NCBI RefSeq assembly: GCF_004010195.1 | Contig: NC_057718.1 | Coordinates: forward strand, 68,310,401-68,374,400 | Length of the DNA: 64,000 bases | From: Chiloscyllium plagiosum | Taxonomy: Eukaryota | Direction of reading: 5' to 3' | Shown here: piece by piece, positions 9,630-21,839 of the stretch | Position numbering within the stretch: the stretch's first letter is position 1 | Layout of the letters: every line of letters begins with the position of its first letter | Notes under the pieces: model-generated | The model's input: only the letters and a program-made list of their open reading frames with translations | What the model was told of the DNA's origin: nothing | The model's database searches: none | Program-made: the position numbers and the translations under genes

Positions 9630-12600
9630 TAATAGAAGATTGAAAGACTTTTTTTTAGATAGCTAAAAGGTAAGAGAGAAGCAATAGTGGACATTGACCA
9701 CTGAAAAAGAGGCTGGAGAAGAAGTAATGGGGAACAAAAGATCTTTTGTATCGGTTTTCACAGTAGAATACACCAGCAACATACCAGAACCTCAAGAGGA
9801 TCAGGGGGCAGAAGTCTGTGTAGTTGTCATCACTAAGGAGAAAGTGTTAGGGAAGCTGAAATGTCTGAAGGTGGATAAATCATCCAGACCAAATGTACTA
9901 CACCTCAGAGTTCTGTAGGGGATAGTTGAGGAGATTGTAAGGTCATTGGTGGTGATCTTTCAGGAACCACTGGAGTCAGGGAGGCTTCCAGAGGACTGGA
10001 AAATGGCTAATGTAAAATCCCTGTTTAAGAAGGGAGGGAGACAGAAGACAGGACACTATAGGCTGGTTAGACTGACTTCTGGTTGTTGGTAAGATTTTAG
10101 AGTCTATTATTAAGGATTAGATTGTGGACTACTTTGAAGTGCATGGGAAAATCGAGCTGAATCAGCTTGGCTTCGTTAAGGGGAAGTCAAACCTTAGAAA
10201 TCTGTTAGAATTCTTTGAGGATGTTCTGAGCAAGTTAGACAAAAGAGAGCCACTTGGTGTGATCTATTTGGATTTCCAGAAGGCCTTTGACAAGATGCCA
10301 CATAGGAGGTTGCTAAATAAGATGAGCCCATGGTGTTAAGGGCCAGGTACTGGAATGGATAGAATCTTGGCTGACTGGCAGAAAGCAATGAGTGAAGAAA
10401 AAGGGATAGCAGCCAGTGACTAGTGGTGTTCTGCAAAGATCAGAACTATTCACAACATACATTAACAATATGGACAAAAGAGCTGTGGGCATTGCTGCTA
10501 AATTTGCAGATGACCCACGTATAAATGGAGGGGTGGGTAATGTTGAGGAAGAGGGCAGGCTGCAAAAGGACTTAGCAGGCTAAGTCAGTAGATAAAGAAG
10601 TGGCAGATGGAATCCAATGTGGGAAAATATAAGATTATCCATTTTGGTAGGAAGAATAAAGGCAAAGGCTGTTTTATAAATGGGGAAGGGCATTGGAAAT
10701 CTGAAGCATAAAAGCACTCGGGAGTATTAGTTCAGGATTTCCTTCGGGTTTACATACAGGTTCAGTTGACAGTTAGGAAGACAAATGCAGCGTTAGCATT
10801 CATTTCAAGAGTGATAGAATATAACAGCAAAGATGTACTGCTAAGGCTGTATAAGGCTCTGGTCAGATTCTATTTGGAATTATGGTGACCAGTTTTGGGC
10901 CCTGTGTCTAAAAGAAATGTGCTAGTATTGGAGGATGTCCAGATGACATTTACAAGAATGATCCTGGGAATGAAAAGCTTGTCACATGAGGACTCTGGGT
11001 CTGTGCATAAAGGAGTTTGGAAGGATGAGGTGGGATCTGGTTGAAACTTACAGAATACCGATAGGCCTGGAGAGAGTGAACATGGCAAAGAATATTTCCA
11101 CTTGTTGGAGAGACTAAGACCTGAGGGCACAGCCTCAGGGCATAGCATCCTGACGAACCTATCCCATCAGTCACTGCATCAGAGGTCAGATCAGTTTTCC
11201 TTTGTGTGAATCCAAGGAAACCAGACAGAGTACCAGGCTGTGCACTCAGAGCATGCGCAGATCAAGCGGCAGAGGTCTTTTCAGACATCTTCAACCCCTC
11301 CCTGCAGCAGGCCACTGTCCCTGCATGTTTCAAGAGGGCCAACATCATCCCTGTGCCTAAGAAGGATCATGCAGCATGTCTCAATGATTACCGCCCAGTG
11401 GTTCTAACTTTGGTGGTCATGAAGTGCTTTGAAAGGCTGGTCACTGCATTAATCAACTCCAGCCTCCCCACTACTCTTGACCAACTCCAATTTGCCTATC
11501 AAACCAACAGATCCATGTCAGATGCCTATCACTTGCCCTTCACTCCTCCCTAGAACATCTTGACACCAAGAACAGATTTGTAAGAATCCTACTCATTGAC
11601 TACAGTTCAGCCTTCAACACTATTATCCCCTCAAGACTGATTACTAAATTTAGTGATCTCAGACTAAGCCCCACTCTCTGCAACTATATCCTCAGTTTCC
11701 TGACCCACAGGCCACAATCAGTGAAGATTGGGGTCAATATTTTATCCTCACTAACACTCAACACTGGAGCCCCCCATGGGTGTGTACTCCGCCCCCTACT
11801 GCACTCACTGTACGCCCATGACTGCGTCACCAAATACCAGACTATTGCCATCTACAAGTTCGCTAATGACGCTACTATAGTCGGTTGAATCTCAGATGAC
11901 GATGAAACAGACTACAGACGGGAGGTGGAAGACCTGAAAAAATTGTGCACTGAGAACAACCTAACTCTCAGTGCCGGCAAAACCAAGGAACTTGTTATTG
12001 ACTTTCGGCGGGATGTTATGCATGCCCCCTACACATTAACAGCACAGAGGTGGAATGAATGTAGAGTATCAAGCTCCTGGGAATGGTCATCCACAACAAG
12101 CTTTCTTGGTCTCTTCATGTGGATACATTGGTTACAAAGGTCCAACAACATCTTTTCTTCCTCAGGCAGCTGAGGAAATTTGGCATGACAGCGAATAACC
12201 TTGCTAACTTTTATAGATGCACCATCGAGAGCATTCTGTCTGGATGTATCACTATCTGGTTTGGCAACTGTACCATTCAAAATCGGAGATGGTTACAGAG
12301 AGTGGTGAACTCGGCCTGGATAATCACAAAGGCTAACCTCCCATCCATAGAATCCATCTACCAGGCCCGCTGTCAAGGAAAGGCCACCAGCATTCTCAAA
12401 GATCCATCCCCCCGGCAATGCTTTACTACAACCTCTACCATCAGGGAGAAGATACAGAAGCCTGAACACACGTTCCAGCCGGTTTTGAAACAGTTTCTGC
12501 CCTACTGTTTTTAGAATATTGAATGGACTCACAAACCCTTAGCAAATATTCACCTGTAACTGTGTTTTGGTTTTTGCCATTTTTAACCTATTATTTACTG

Positions 12601-12930
12601 TTGTTTAACTCTGCGATCTGCCTGTATTGCTCGCAAGACAAAGCTTTTCACTGTGCCTCAGTACACATGACAATAATTCAATTCAATTCAGAATGAAGGG
12701 ATGGCCCTTTAGTGCTGAGATAAGGTGGAAGTTCTTCTGCTTGAGGATGGGGAATCTGTGGAGGAAAGGTTTCAGAGGCCAAGTTACTGAATGTATTTAA
12801 GATAAATGAGGATCAAGGGTTACAGGGAGAGGTAGGAGATTGAGGTTAAGAAACATACCAACCCATGATTGAATGGTGAAACAGACTCCATGGGTCAAAT
12901 GGCCTAATTCTGCTCCTATGTCTTATAAAA
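9630..12930 (+). mobile_element. CR1 ORF2 RT and 3' end, split by the Rex1 insertion
   Basis: VIYLDFQKAFDKMPH RT motif. The host reads gcacagcctcag (~11138) and resumes cagaatgaaggg (~12689). Confidence 0.88.
11140..12690 (+). mobile_element. Rex1/Babar-clade LINE, 5'-truncated
   Basis: GCALRACADQAAEVFSDIFN..IIPVPKK..LNDYRPVVLT..VMKCFERLV; C-terminal LFFLRQLRKFGM..NFYRCTIESILSGCITIWFG; (ATTCA)n tail. Confidence 0.88.
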
Positions 12931-12996
12931 ATCTCGCTGATAGTTGCATATGTGCTGAACATGATTTCATGGAGCTAATAGAAGGGGATAATAATT

Positions 12997-13394
12997 CTGG
13001 ATGTAAGTTTGCTTGCTGAGCTGGAAGATTCATTTTCACACATTTCATCACCATACTAGGTAACATCATCAGTGAGCCTCTGGTTAAGCACTGGTGTTAT
13101 GTCCTGCTTTCTATTTATATGTTTATAAGAAAGCGGGACATAACACCAACGCTTCACCAGAGGCTCACTGATAATGTAAGGCGGTTCCTGATGAAGGGCT
13201 TTTGCCCGAAATGTCAATTTTCCTGCTCCTCAGATGCTGCCTGACCTGCTGTGCTTTTCCAGCGCCACTCTAATCTTGTCACTGATCATGTTATCTAGTA
13301 TGGTGATGAAACATCTGAAAATGAACCTTCCAGATCAGCGAGCAAACTTACATCCAGAAACTCAACCTGAGCTACAAATCTTCTCCAAACTAGT
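12997..13394. mobile_element. Palindromic Penelope-derived insertion with a second Penelope fragment nested inside
   Basis: Arms ttctggatgtaagtttgc... and ...gcaaacttacatccagaa are inverted; 9-bp TSD ataataatt (12988-12996, 13395-13403); nested fragment ~13175-13280 flanked by cactgat. Confidence 0.75.
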
Positions 13395-13403
13395 ATAATA
13401 ATT

Positions 13404-13975
13404 ATCAGAGGGCTCCACCATTTCCTACTGTAAGCCTTCCATTGGCATGCAAAATTAAAGTGTTTCCTTGTGGCAGAATGCGCTGCATGGAACCCAACTC
13501 AGCCTTCATCAGGGTTTCATTAATGGAATAATTAACCAAGGTTGCAGAAGGTAGTTTGTGTTCAGTTAGTATCCTGTAATGCATACAGTCCTTGAATAAA
13601 TCAGGAACATGAGCATCAGGGATATAGGCATCATGATAGCCTCCAGGGTTGAAAATGTGTTGCTGGAAAAGCGCAGCAGGTCAGGCAGCATCCTGGGAAC
13701 AGGAGAATCGATGTTTCAGGCATAAGCCCTTCTTCAGGAATCAGAAATGGCCTCCAGGGTGCCTGGTTCAGATTTCCAAGAATGGGGATGGAATTCCATT
13801 TGATGGAATGTGGTTCCTTCCTGTTGATGAGCCAACTATGATATGTCGCACTCAGCTGTACAGTCGATAGTGCCTTGCACATGGGGTTAGACTGCTATGT
13901 TGGCAAAGCCTATTACCTGGGCTGCAGCATCTCGTCATGGCAAATAACATTGAAGTACTATATCTTAGAAGTCTG
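13404..13975 (-). mobile_element. PIF/Harbinger DDE transposase relic
   Basis: Colinear motifs on the minus strand: GFANIAV*PHVQGTIDCT, LINRKEPHSI, HPGGYHDAYI, NYLLQPWLIIPLMKP, HAAHSATR, GGAL. Interrupted by a Penelope fragment (13650-13749) with 11-bp TSD gcctccagggt. Confidence 0.85.
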
Positions 13976-14344
13976 TGCCAGAGAATGATCATGAATAGAG
14001 AAAGTATTTCCAAAAATCCATGCAGGAAATCTTATGACAAGCATAAAAGATAGAAGTGGAGACTAAAACTTGAAATTAGATTAAGAATGGACAATGGAAT
14101 AAAGGCAAGAGACTGGATGAAGTCTTCATGACCCTACTATCTGGCAATAAATTTATAAGAAAAGTAATACAAAAGGAATTAGAGAGTTTGGAATATATTC
14201 TGATGTATCAGTTTTGACAAAGAATTGGATTAGCACTGAAAAATTATTTGAGACTGAGGGTAATGCAAATTATAATGCAAAGGGGAGGATTGTTGTTCAA
14301 TGTTTTGAATAATGACTGGATAATGCAAATATTAACATTGTTTT

Positions 14345-14950
14345 TCCAGTAGTGGTGGGCAAGTTGTTGGAGGGAATCCTGAGGGACAGGATGTACATGT
14401 ATTTGGAAAGACAAGGACTGATTAGGGATAGTCAACATGGCTTTGTGCGTGGGAAATCATGTCTCACAAACTTGATTGAGTTTTTGAAGAAGTAACAAAG
14501 AAGATTGATGAAGGCAGAGCAGTAGAAGTGATCTATATTGACTTCAGTAAAGCGTTCGACAAGGTTCCCCATGGGAGACTGATTAGCAAGGTTAGATCTT
14601 AGGGAATACAGGGAAAACTAGCCATTTGGATACAGAACTGGCTCAAAGGTAGAAGACAGAGGGTGGTGGTGGAGGGTTGTTTTTCAGGTTGGAGGCCTGT
14701 GACCAGCGGAGTGTCATTTACATAAATGATTTGGATGTGAGCATAAGAGGTACAATAGTAAGTTTGCAGGTGACACCAAAATTGGAAGTGTAGTGGACAG
14801 CGAAGAGGATTACCTCCGATTACAACAGGATCTGGACCAGATGGGCCAATGGGCTGAGAAGTGGCAGATGGAGTTTAATTTAGATAAATGCGAGGTGCTG
14901 CATTTTGGGAAATCAAATCTTAGCAGGACTTATACACTTAATGGTAAGTT
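14345..14950 (+). mobile_element. CR1 RT fragment
   Basis: QHGFVRGKSCLTNLIEF, IYIDFSKAFDKVPH and FAGDTKIG motifs readable. Confidence 0.88.
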
Positions 14951-15069
14951 GTTGGAGCCATGCTGACTATCCCTAATCAGTCCTTGTCTTTCCAAATACA
15001 TGTATATCCTGTCCCCCAGGATTCCCTCCAACAACTTGCCATTAGCAGGACTTATACACTGAACGAGAT

Positions 15070-16065
15070 GTTAAGAGTATTAAATCTGGAAAAATGAATA
15101 CTTAAGGTTCCTCTCTTGGGGTACCCAAAGAATTGAAACTAGTCATTTTTGGTGACTGTTTACAAGCTAATCTTCTAGTACAGCCAATTTCTCCATATTT
15201 CTTACATGAGAAATGTTGTTCTTGAACTTTTCAGGCTAAGAAAATAAAGAGCATTATTAAATTTATTTTGATTTTCAATAGACAGGCCTGGTGGAGACGA
15301 TGGATGTGGTGTTCTATTTGTCAAATATTTTGACTGAAATTCTGTGAAATGGGCATATTGAAGCTAGTTTTGAGGGTCATTCCCCGAACTGAGTTTGGTG
15401 GTGGAAGGCATTTAATCTGGTGAAGGGTGTGTCATGTTTTGACTGTGCTATCATCCAGTCTCTTCACTGATTAAGTGTGGTGTGGGAAAGTTCATGGAAG
15501 GCCTTCACACCATACAGAAAATTGAGGCCCTTAAGTGAGATTCCTCATTTGGGGAATCAAAAGCAAAACCCTGTTACTTTCCAGGGCCAAGTGAGGTGTC
15601 GTCTGTTGTCAGGTACTTATTGAGGGACCCAGCATCATTGTTAATTACAGTCTGGTTGCTGACCCTTTACTTACAATTCCTACCCTGTGACCTTACTCAC
15701 TTGTGAATTGGGACTGTTCACTCATCTTGAGCTTCTGGTGTGTGCATTATCAGCAGCTGCCAAACTCCTGCTCATCCTGCTTGCAGTTGAATTCTGAGGA
15801 AACCCCTGTGACTGCCCAGCAACATAACTAAATGGTTATATATATGCTTGGTGTTCCTGAAAGGCAGTAACAAAGTCCTGTTTTGCTAGCTCTCCAGCCT
15901 GCAAGTGAGACCCCATTGCTAGGGTTCAATTCCCTCTTTGAATAAGGAAAGGTTACAAATTGATCTTGTTGGCTTAAAATAAATGCTGTACAAAAAGAAA
16001 ATCTTGAAAATTAAGTGGTTGGATGCAATTCATCAACTGTCAGATAGTTTTGCAAAAAGGAAAGT
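15070..16065 (+). mobile_element. Copia-like RNase H remnant, split by another insertion (~15370-15940)
   Basis: LKLVIFGDCLQANL, AKKIKSIIK, LVETMDVVFYLSNILTEIL and ERLQIDLVGLK*ML..KIKWLDAIHQLSDSFAK resemble Ty1/Copia RNase H motifs (DAS..NL; K+KRVVKS; QLADC.TK). Confidence 0.55.
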
Positions 16066-16472
16066 CATAGAGTGATAGAAATATATAGAACCGAAAAGGG
16101 CCCTTCAGCCCATCTTATCCATACTGGTCAAATATAGCAACCGAACTATTCTAATCACATTTTCCATATTCTGATTCCATTTTCCAGAACTTGGCACAAA
16201 GACTTGTACCTTGTTGGTATGAGGGTTTCTGCCTCTGCCACACTGATGGTACTTTTCAGATTTCCGCCACCGTCTGGGTGAAAAGGTTTTTCTTCATTTC
16301 TCATCCAAACCTTCTGCCCCTTACCTTAAATTTATGCCCCTCTGGTCAATGATACCTCAATGACAAAGGTTTCTTCCTGTCTACTATATCTATGCCCCAC
16401 ATAATTTTATACAACTCAATCATGTCCTCTCTCAACCCCAGTCTGGATATCTCTGTTCATAATTGAAATTGA

Positions 16473-16781
16473 GATTAGATTAGATTCCCTACAGGATGGA
16501 AACAGGCTCTTCGGCCCAACAAGTCCACACCGACCCTCCAAAGAGTAACCCACCCAGACCCATACTTTTACTAAAGCACTGAACACGATGGGCAATTTTT
16601 AGCATGGTCAATTCACTTAACTTGCACGTCTTTGGATTGTGGGTGGAAAACAGATCGCCTGGAGAAAACCCACACAGACATGGGGAGAACATGCAAACTC
16701 CACACAGGCAGTCGGCCAAGATGGGAGTCGAACCCAGGTCCCTGGTGCTGTGAGGCTGCAGTGCTAACCACTGTGCCGCCC
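16473..16781 (-). mobile_element. HE1-type SINE (preceded by a minus-strand CR1 3' end, 16070-16470)
   Basis: HE1 core and (ATTAG)n tail on the plus strand. Confidence 0.85.
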
Positions 16782-16859
16782 ATTTCTCCAGTTTCACAAA
16801 GAACGTATTAAGAATCCTAGAGGATGCAAGAACAATGTCTAGCAACATAATAATTTGTG

Positions 16860-17833
16860 CAGAATATGGAATGGGTAGTGTGCTGCAGGGGTAGGGTGGG
16901 GGGAGATCATATCTGCCCTTGTTCTGTGGTTATGTTATGCTTGCTCGTCATTGGAGAAAGTGCACGTGGTGCCCATCAATGCTACTGATGCCTTTTGAGA
17001 GAGACAGCATCACAGTGCTTTAGTTTCCCCTCCAACTCTATTTTGTTTTATCCCTTCCTCCTCTCCCAACAATGGCCACCCCCACCAATGGTTTGCATTG
17101 CCCTTAATGGTGGTGGTTAATAAGTTGAAAGAAAAACAAAATTAAAATCAGTGATTTTGTTGATGGGAAGGTCGCTCAATTGCTTGCAATAACACTTCTG
17201 GGTAGAATAACAAAAGAGAAAATGGAACAGGATTGATTAATAACAGGTTCAGGCAATGGGTTATGGAGGAGTCATATCTGCTGACTGTCTGCCCCTCTTT
17301 CACGGTTACGTTCATGCCTGGGTGTCCTTGGAGAGAGAGAACACGATGTCCATCAATGCTCTCAATGCTTTTAGAAAGAAGTGGGCACCACAAGGGACAC
17401 GTTGCTTTATTTCACCTGCAGCACCATTTTAATTTAGCCCTGTCCCTCTCTCCCTACCCCCCCCCCTTTTGATGGTTTACATTGCCCTAAATGAGCTTTG
17501 CATTTAAATATTGAATTGACCACATGGGTGTTTTTATGGATGGTGCATAGTAGTTTAAAAAAAAAATCAGTGATTTTGGTGTGGGAAGGTTACTCAGTTG
17601 TGTGTGATAGCACTTGTGGGGACATGAAAAAGGAACAGATTTGACTAGTAACCAGGGCTGTGGAGGAATTGTACCCGGTCAGTCTGCAGCTACACTCATG
17701 CCCAAGTATTCACCAATACTCTCAATCTCTTCAGACAAAGGTAGATACAGCAGGGGTTAGAGTGCTTTATCTTTCCCATCTAGTCCAGATTTTGATTTGG
17801 CTCCTCCTCCTATGAGTTGATAGAAAAAGAAAG
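16860..17833 (+). mobile_element. Three tandem Tx1-like LINE 3' ends
   Basis: Unit 2 reads CLPLFHGYVHAWVSLERENTMSINALNAFRKKWAPQGTRCFIS; units 1 and 3 are diverged copies; each ends in an A-rich tail; units 2 and 3 both start atcagtgattttg (17147, 17566). Confidence 0.6.
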
Positions 17834-19799
17834 TTCAGTTGTGTGTAAGTGCACTTAAAAAGGAACAGAAGAGTTCTTCGAGTGCAGTGGTAATGTCCCT
17901 GCCTTTGAGCCAGGTGGCCTGGATTCAAGTCCTAATCCAAATCCGTGTAACAACAGCTCTGAACAGGTTGATCAGAAGAAAAAAAATAGAATTGTTGTCC
18001 TTAGGAGTCAGTGCTTGTTAGCTGTTAGTACTTAGTTGCTTTAATTAATTAATTTGGGATTTCAAAATTAAGAAAGTCTGTATTGTGGTTGTTAGGTTGG
18101 AAATTGTATGTAGAAAAATGTTCATAAAGTGTGCAAAAACCTGTTTTAATTCTATCCTTCATCAGTTAGGTTTTCTCCCCCTTTCAGCTTTCCCATGTTG
18201 AATGGAGTTATCACTTTTGTGTCAACCATCATTTTCAATTTTACAGCTGGTTTCACAGATGGATTACCGTTCCTTGTGTTAACCTTGCCCATTTATCTAA
18301 GACTGGGAACTATAGCAAAGTTCACTACTTGGCTTTCTGGACAAGAATGATAAGAATCCTTGTTCATATGCAACTACTCCAACCCCCTCTAAATTTGGAA
18401 TGCACATTTATCAAAAACAGAAATTTCTGGAAAAGCTCAGCAAGTCTGATAGTATCTATGGAGAGAAATCAGAGTTAATGTTTCAGGTCCCATAACCCTT
18501 CGTTAGATGTGTTTTGCATTTATTATCATTTCAATTAAAATCAGCTGAAGATGCTTTTATTATAAAGTGTTGCTATATTTTTATATCCCTGGGAGAGCAC
18601 CTACCTCTAAGGATATAAATCCCTCATCAAAAAACAAAGAACTGCAGATGCTGGAAATGTGAAACAAAAATAGAAATTGTTGCAGAAATTCAGCATCTGC
18701 GGAGAGAAAGCAGAGTCAAAATTTTAGGTCCAGTGACCCTTCTGCAGATCATTTGTAGTGGGTATCATTTGTAGTGAGATTTGGGGGTGACAATCTCATG
18801 AAAGCACCATAGGTTAATCTGAGCAGTTGATGAATACAATATCAGAGCGCTCATTTTACACAATCAGAAGTGTGTGTCAGGCCAAGAGTATATTGAACAC
18901 CAAGCTAATGATATATCTCTCGAATCCAGTAAGATGGCAGTTGCTGGATGCACAGCATGAGATGCTCAAAAATCTGATAGATATACATGAGGGTGTGTGT
19001 ACTGGCTCAGAGTGAAGGAGTTCATCCAGTGCTGCCATTTTCCTCTGATCTGTGCATATGCATCCTTCACTGAGAGAATGGTGACTTTTAAAGTGAGCCC
19101 AGTTCAGTAGAGCAATCAATGCTTTGGTGATGCATACAAACCTGCATGCCATTGTATTATGAGTTCTATGCAGCTGTGGGAAGTGGTGGACATGTAGCTA
19201 TTTTGTTCGGATTTTCTGTACGCGCTCTTGGTATGGACAGCAGTTCCTCAGCCCCTGCCACTGAAACCAGCACCTCAATTTGTGTCAAAAACTGAACATG
19301 CTAGGGCCCTCCAGGATTTGGCCAAACAAGATACAGCTAGTCAGCATCCAGCCTCTACCATAGCTGACTGTTTAGGGTTAAGTACTTGAGAAAAGCACAT
19401 GCAAAGGAACTGAAATATTATAAGCTACCCATGAGGTTCAGATGTGACTATATTGCTCAGGTTACGGCTGGAGTTTGTAATAAATACACAATCAGCAACA
19501 TCTTCCTCCATTACTAGTGGCCTTCTAAAACTTGAGTACCCTTGCTTGCCCAAAGAGGTTGGGAGACACCACAGTGCTTGCTTTTCACTTCAGCTATGCT
19601 GAGAAACTAGGTTTCAACGGGTGCAGGTCATTTAAGAACATGACAATAGTGCAGCAGGAGTACAAACCTTTGTTGGATTGGAATGACGAGACAGCAAGAG
19701 TCATCTGAAATGCATTTATAAAAGTTCAAGCTATGTTTATTAATGAGCTCTTTTGTGTAACCACAAGGCTTCTTCATGGTGTAACCACAAGGCATCACC

Positions 19800-20260
19800 T
19801 TCCTTCATATCCTCCAGCCTCTGAGAAGGTTGTGCAATCCACTACATCCTAATTGCCCAACATCTCCTCATGGAGTAGTACCAGCAGCAGTGAAGAACAT
19901 AGCATACCACAACACCAGGGCCCCTCCCTGCAGCATATTGAATTTTTATAGAACCCAATAGTATGGAAACATGACTTTCAGCACAACGAGTCTACACCGA
20001 CCCTCCAAAGTGTATCCCACCCAGACCCATTTCTCCCTACCCTGGCAGCATATTGAAGGGTTCCATTAGTTACCACATATTGTATTTCTCTGCACCTATC
20101 CTTGAAGGTTCCCAAGTATGTGGGAGTCATGGCTCCTTCTTGGGAAGAATTTACTGGCAGGGATTCAGCCAGAAGGCTGCCAGCTACCCTACGGGAGCCT
20201 GGAGGACCACTTGCATTTATTTAAGACGTGCACAAGTATGTTCAATAGCCACAAGGCTCA
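19800..20260 (-). mobile_element. Harbinger transposase C-terminal relic
   Basis: VAIEHTCARLK, then NGTLQYAAGRGPGVVVCYVLH (cf. IE..IG.LK, GGALQY.P..V..IVV.CC.LHN). Interrupted by a SINE 3' fragment with 13-bp TSD gcagcatattgaa (19930-19942, 20045-20057). Confidence 0.65.
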
Positions 20261-20426
20261 AAACAGCAAAATAAAAATAATCTAGAATGACTTGGGGATA
20301 ACTGCAGCAGACAAAGCTACAGGATGGAACAATATTCAGGAGTGAGGGTGGTAAAAAGACAGGATGTTCAAACAATCTATTCAAATTAAAAATATGATAA
20401 TCCATAATGTATAAAAGTTGCATCTG

Positions 20427-20432
20427 TTTATT
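20427..20432 (-). terminator. Candidate polyadenylation signal of TMEM242
   Basis: AATAAA on the minus strand about 40 nt after the TAG; usage not verifiable from sequence. Confidence 0.4.
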
Positions 20433-20471
20433 TTAGTTTCCATTTACATATGCACACTAGTCAGTACCAAT

Positions 20472-20585
20472 CTACTTTGATTTGAACAGATTTTCCCAAC
20501 TGAATTGCTCAACACCCTGTGATACATCAGTGCTTTTTGGAATTTCAGGGAACATTGATTGCATCTTTTCTCGGAATTCTGTCAG
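20472..20585 (-). CDS. TMEM242: TMEM242 coding exon 4 (last; 114 bp including TAG)
   Basis: cttttctgcag|CTGACA...AAGTAG; translates LTEFREKMQSMFPEIPKSTDVSQGVEQFSWENLFKSK*. The four exons total 477 bp = 158 aa + stop, in frame. Confidence 0.95.
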   Translation of the reverse strand: MTEFREKMQSMFPEIPKSTDVSQGVEQFSWENLFKSK

Positions 20586-21050
20586 CTGCAGAAAAGATGG
20601 GAAGAAAATTATCAATCATTCTGAATGAAATTCACAATTATACAGTGTCAATACAGATAAATGTAACTTTTACTTGTTTAAACTAATTTGTAGTCAGGAT
20701 TAATGGAAATAGGGATGGAATTCCTTTTGCTCCTATTTGTGGAAAGATAACCTTTACATTTTAGATATCTGATTATCATTCCTTTGAAATTAAAAGCAAT
20801 TATGTTTCAGAATGGCTATCAATTTTCTTCCATTATCCCTGGTTAGTTATTAAGAAATGGAGATGATTTACAGAAGTCTAACATTTGTGATATTATTTCA
20901 TGATGAGACTTAGACTTTTACAAACTGACAAAGTTTCTGTTCCCACACAACTCCAATACAATTATGAAAAATATGGATAATTAAATCTGATCTGTTCCAC
21001 TGTGGAAAAAATGTTAACAATGACCAGGTGTGCATAAATAAAACTACCTA

Positions 21051-21390
21051 TTTAGATTAGATGATTAGATTCCCTATAGTATGGAAATAGGCCCTTTGGC
21101 CCAACAAGTCTACACTGACCCTCCAAAGAGGAACCCACCCAGACGCATTCCCCTACCCTATATTAATCCCTGACTAAGGCTCCTAACACTATGGGCAATT
21201 TAGCATGCCCAATTCACCTGGCCTGAACGTCTTTGGATTGTGGGAGGAAACCAGAGCACCTGGAGGAAACCCATACAGACACAGGGAGAATGTGGAAACT
21301 CCACACAGACAGTTGCCCTAGGTGGGAATTGAACCTAGGCCCCTGGTGCTGTGAGGTAGCAATGCTAACTACTGCACCACCATGCCACCC
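21051..21390 (-). mobile_element. HE1-type SINE in TMEM242 intron 3
   Basis: Full HE1 layout with (ATTAG)n tail on the plus strand. Confidence 0.87.
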
Positions 21391-21839
21391 CTAATTTATT
21401 TTTAACATGAATATTTCTCTATTAAAAAGGGGCAACAAGTTGCAGCTCTTTTACAGTTTAATTTCTTTGCAAAATATCAAAAGGTTACAGTTAAGCTGGT
21501 CCTATCATTATTCTTATGTAACATCGTAAGCATGTACTCAAGTCATTGAATAGCAGCAAGATACAAATATTCCTCAATGATTATTTTTTTCTTTCCTTAA
21601 CCTAACTGTCATGTGTTAGCTATAGTGATCAGTCTGAAAATAAGTTAAACTTAGCAAAAATCTTATAAACATTTGGCAAGATTAGATTTGGCATCTCGCA
21701 CTTCACAGACATTACCTAGTCCTTCATAGATGGGATGGGAGCAAATTACTGTGCCCAGATTAATGGATATCCTAGGAAGTAAACAGATGGCTTTTCTGTA
21801 CTGAAAATATTTCTAACTCATTAAATTTCATAATTTCTT

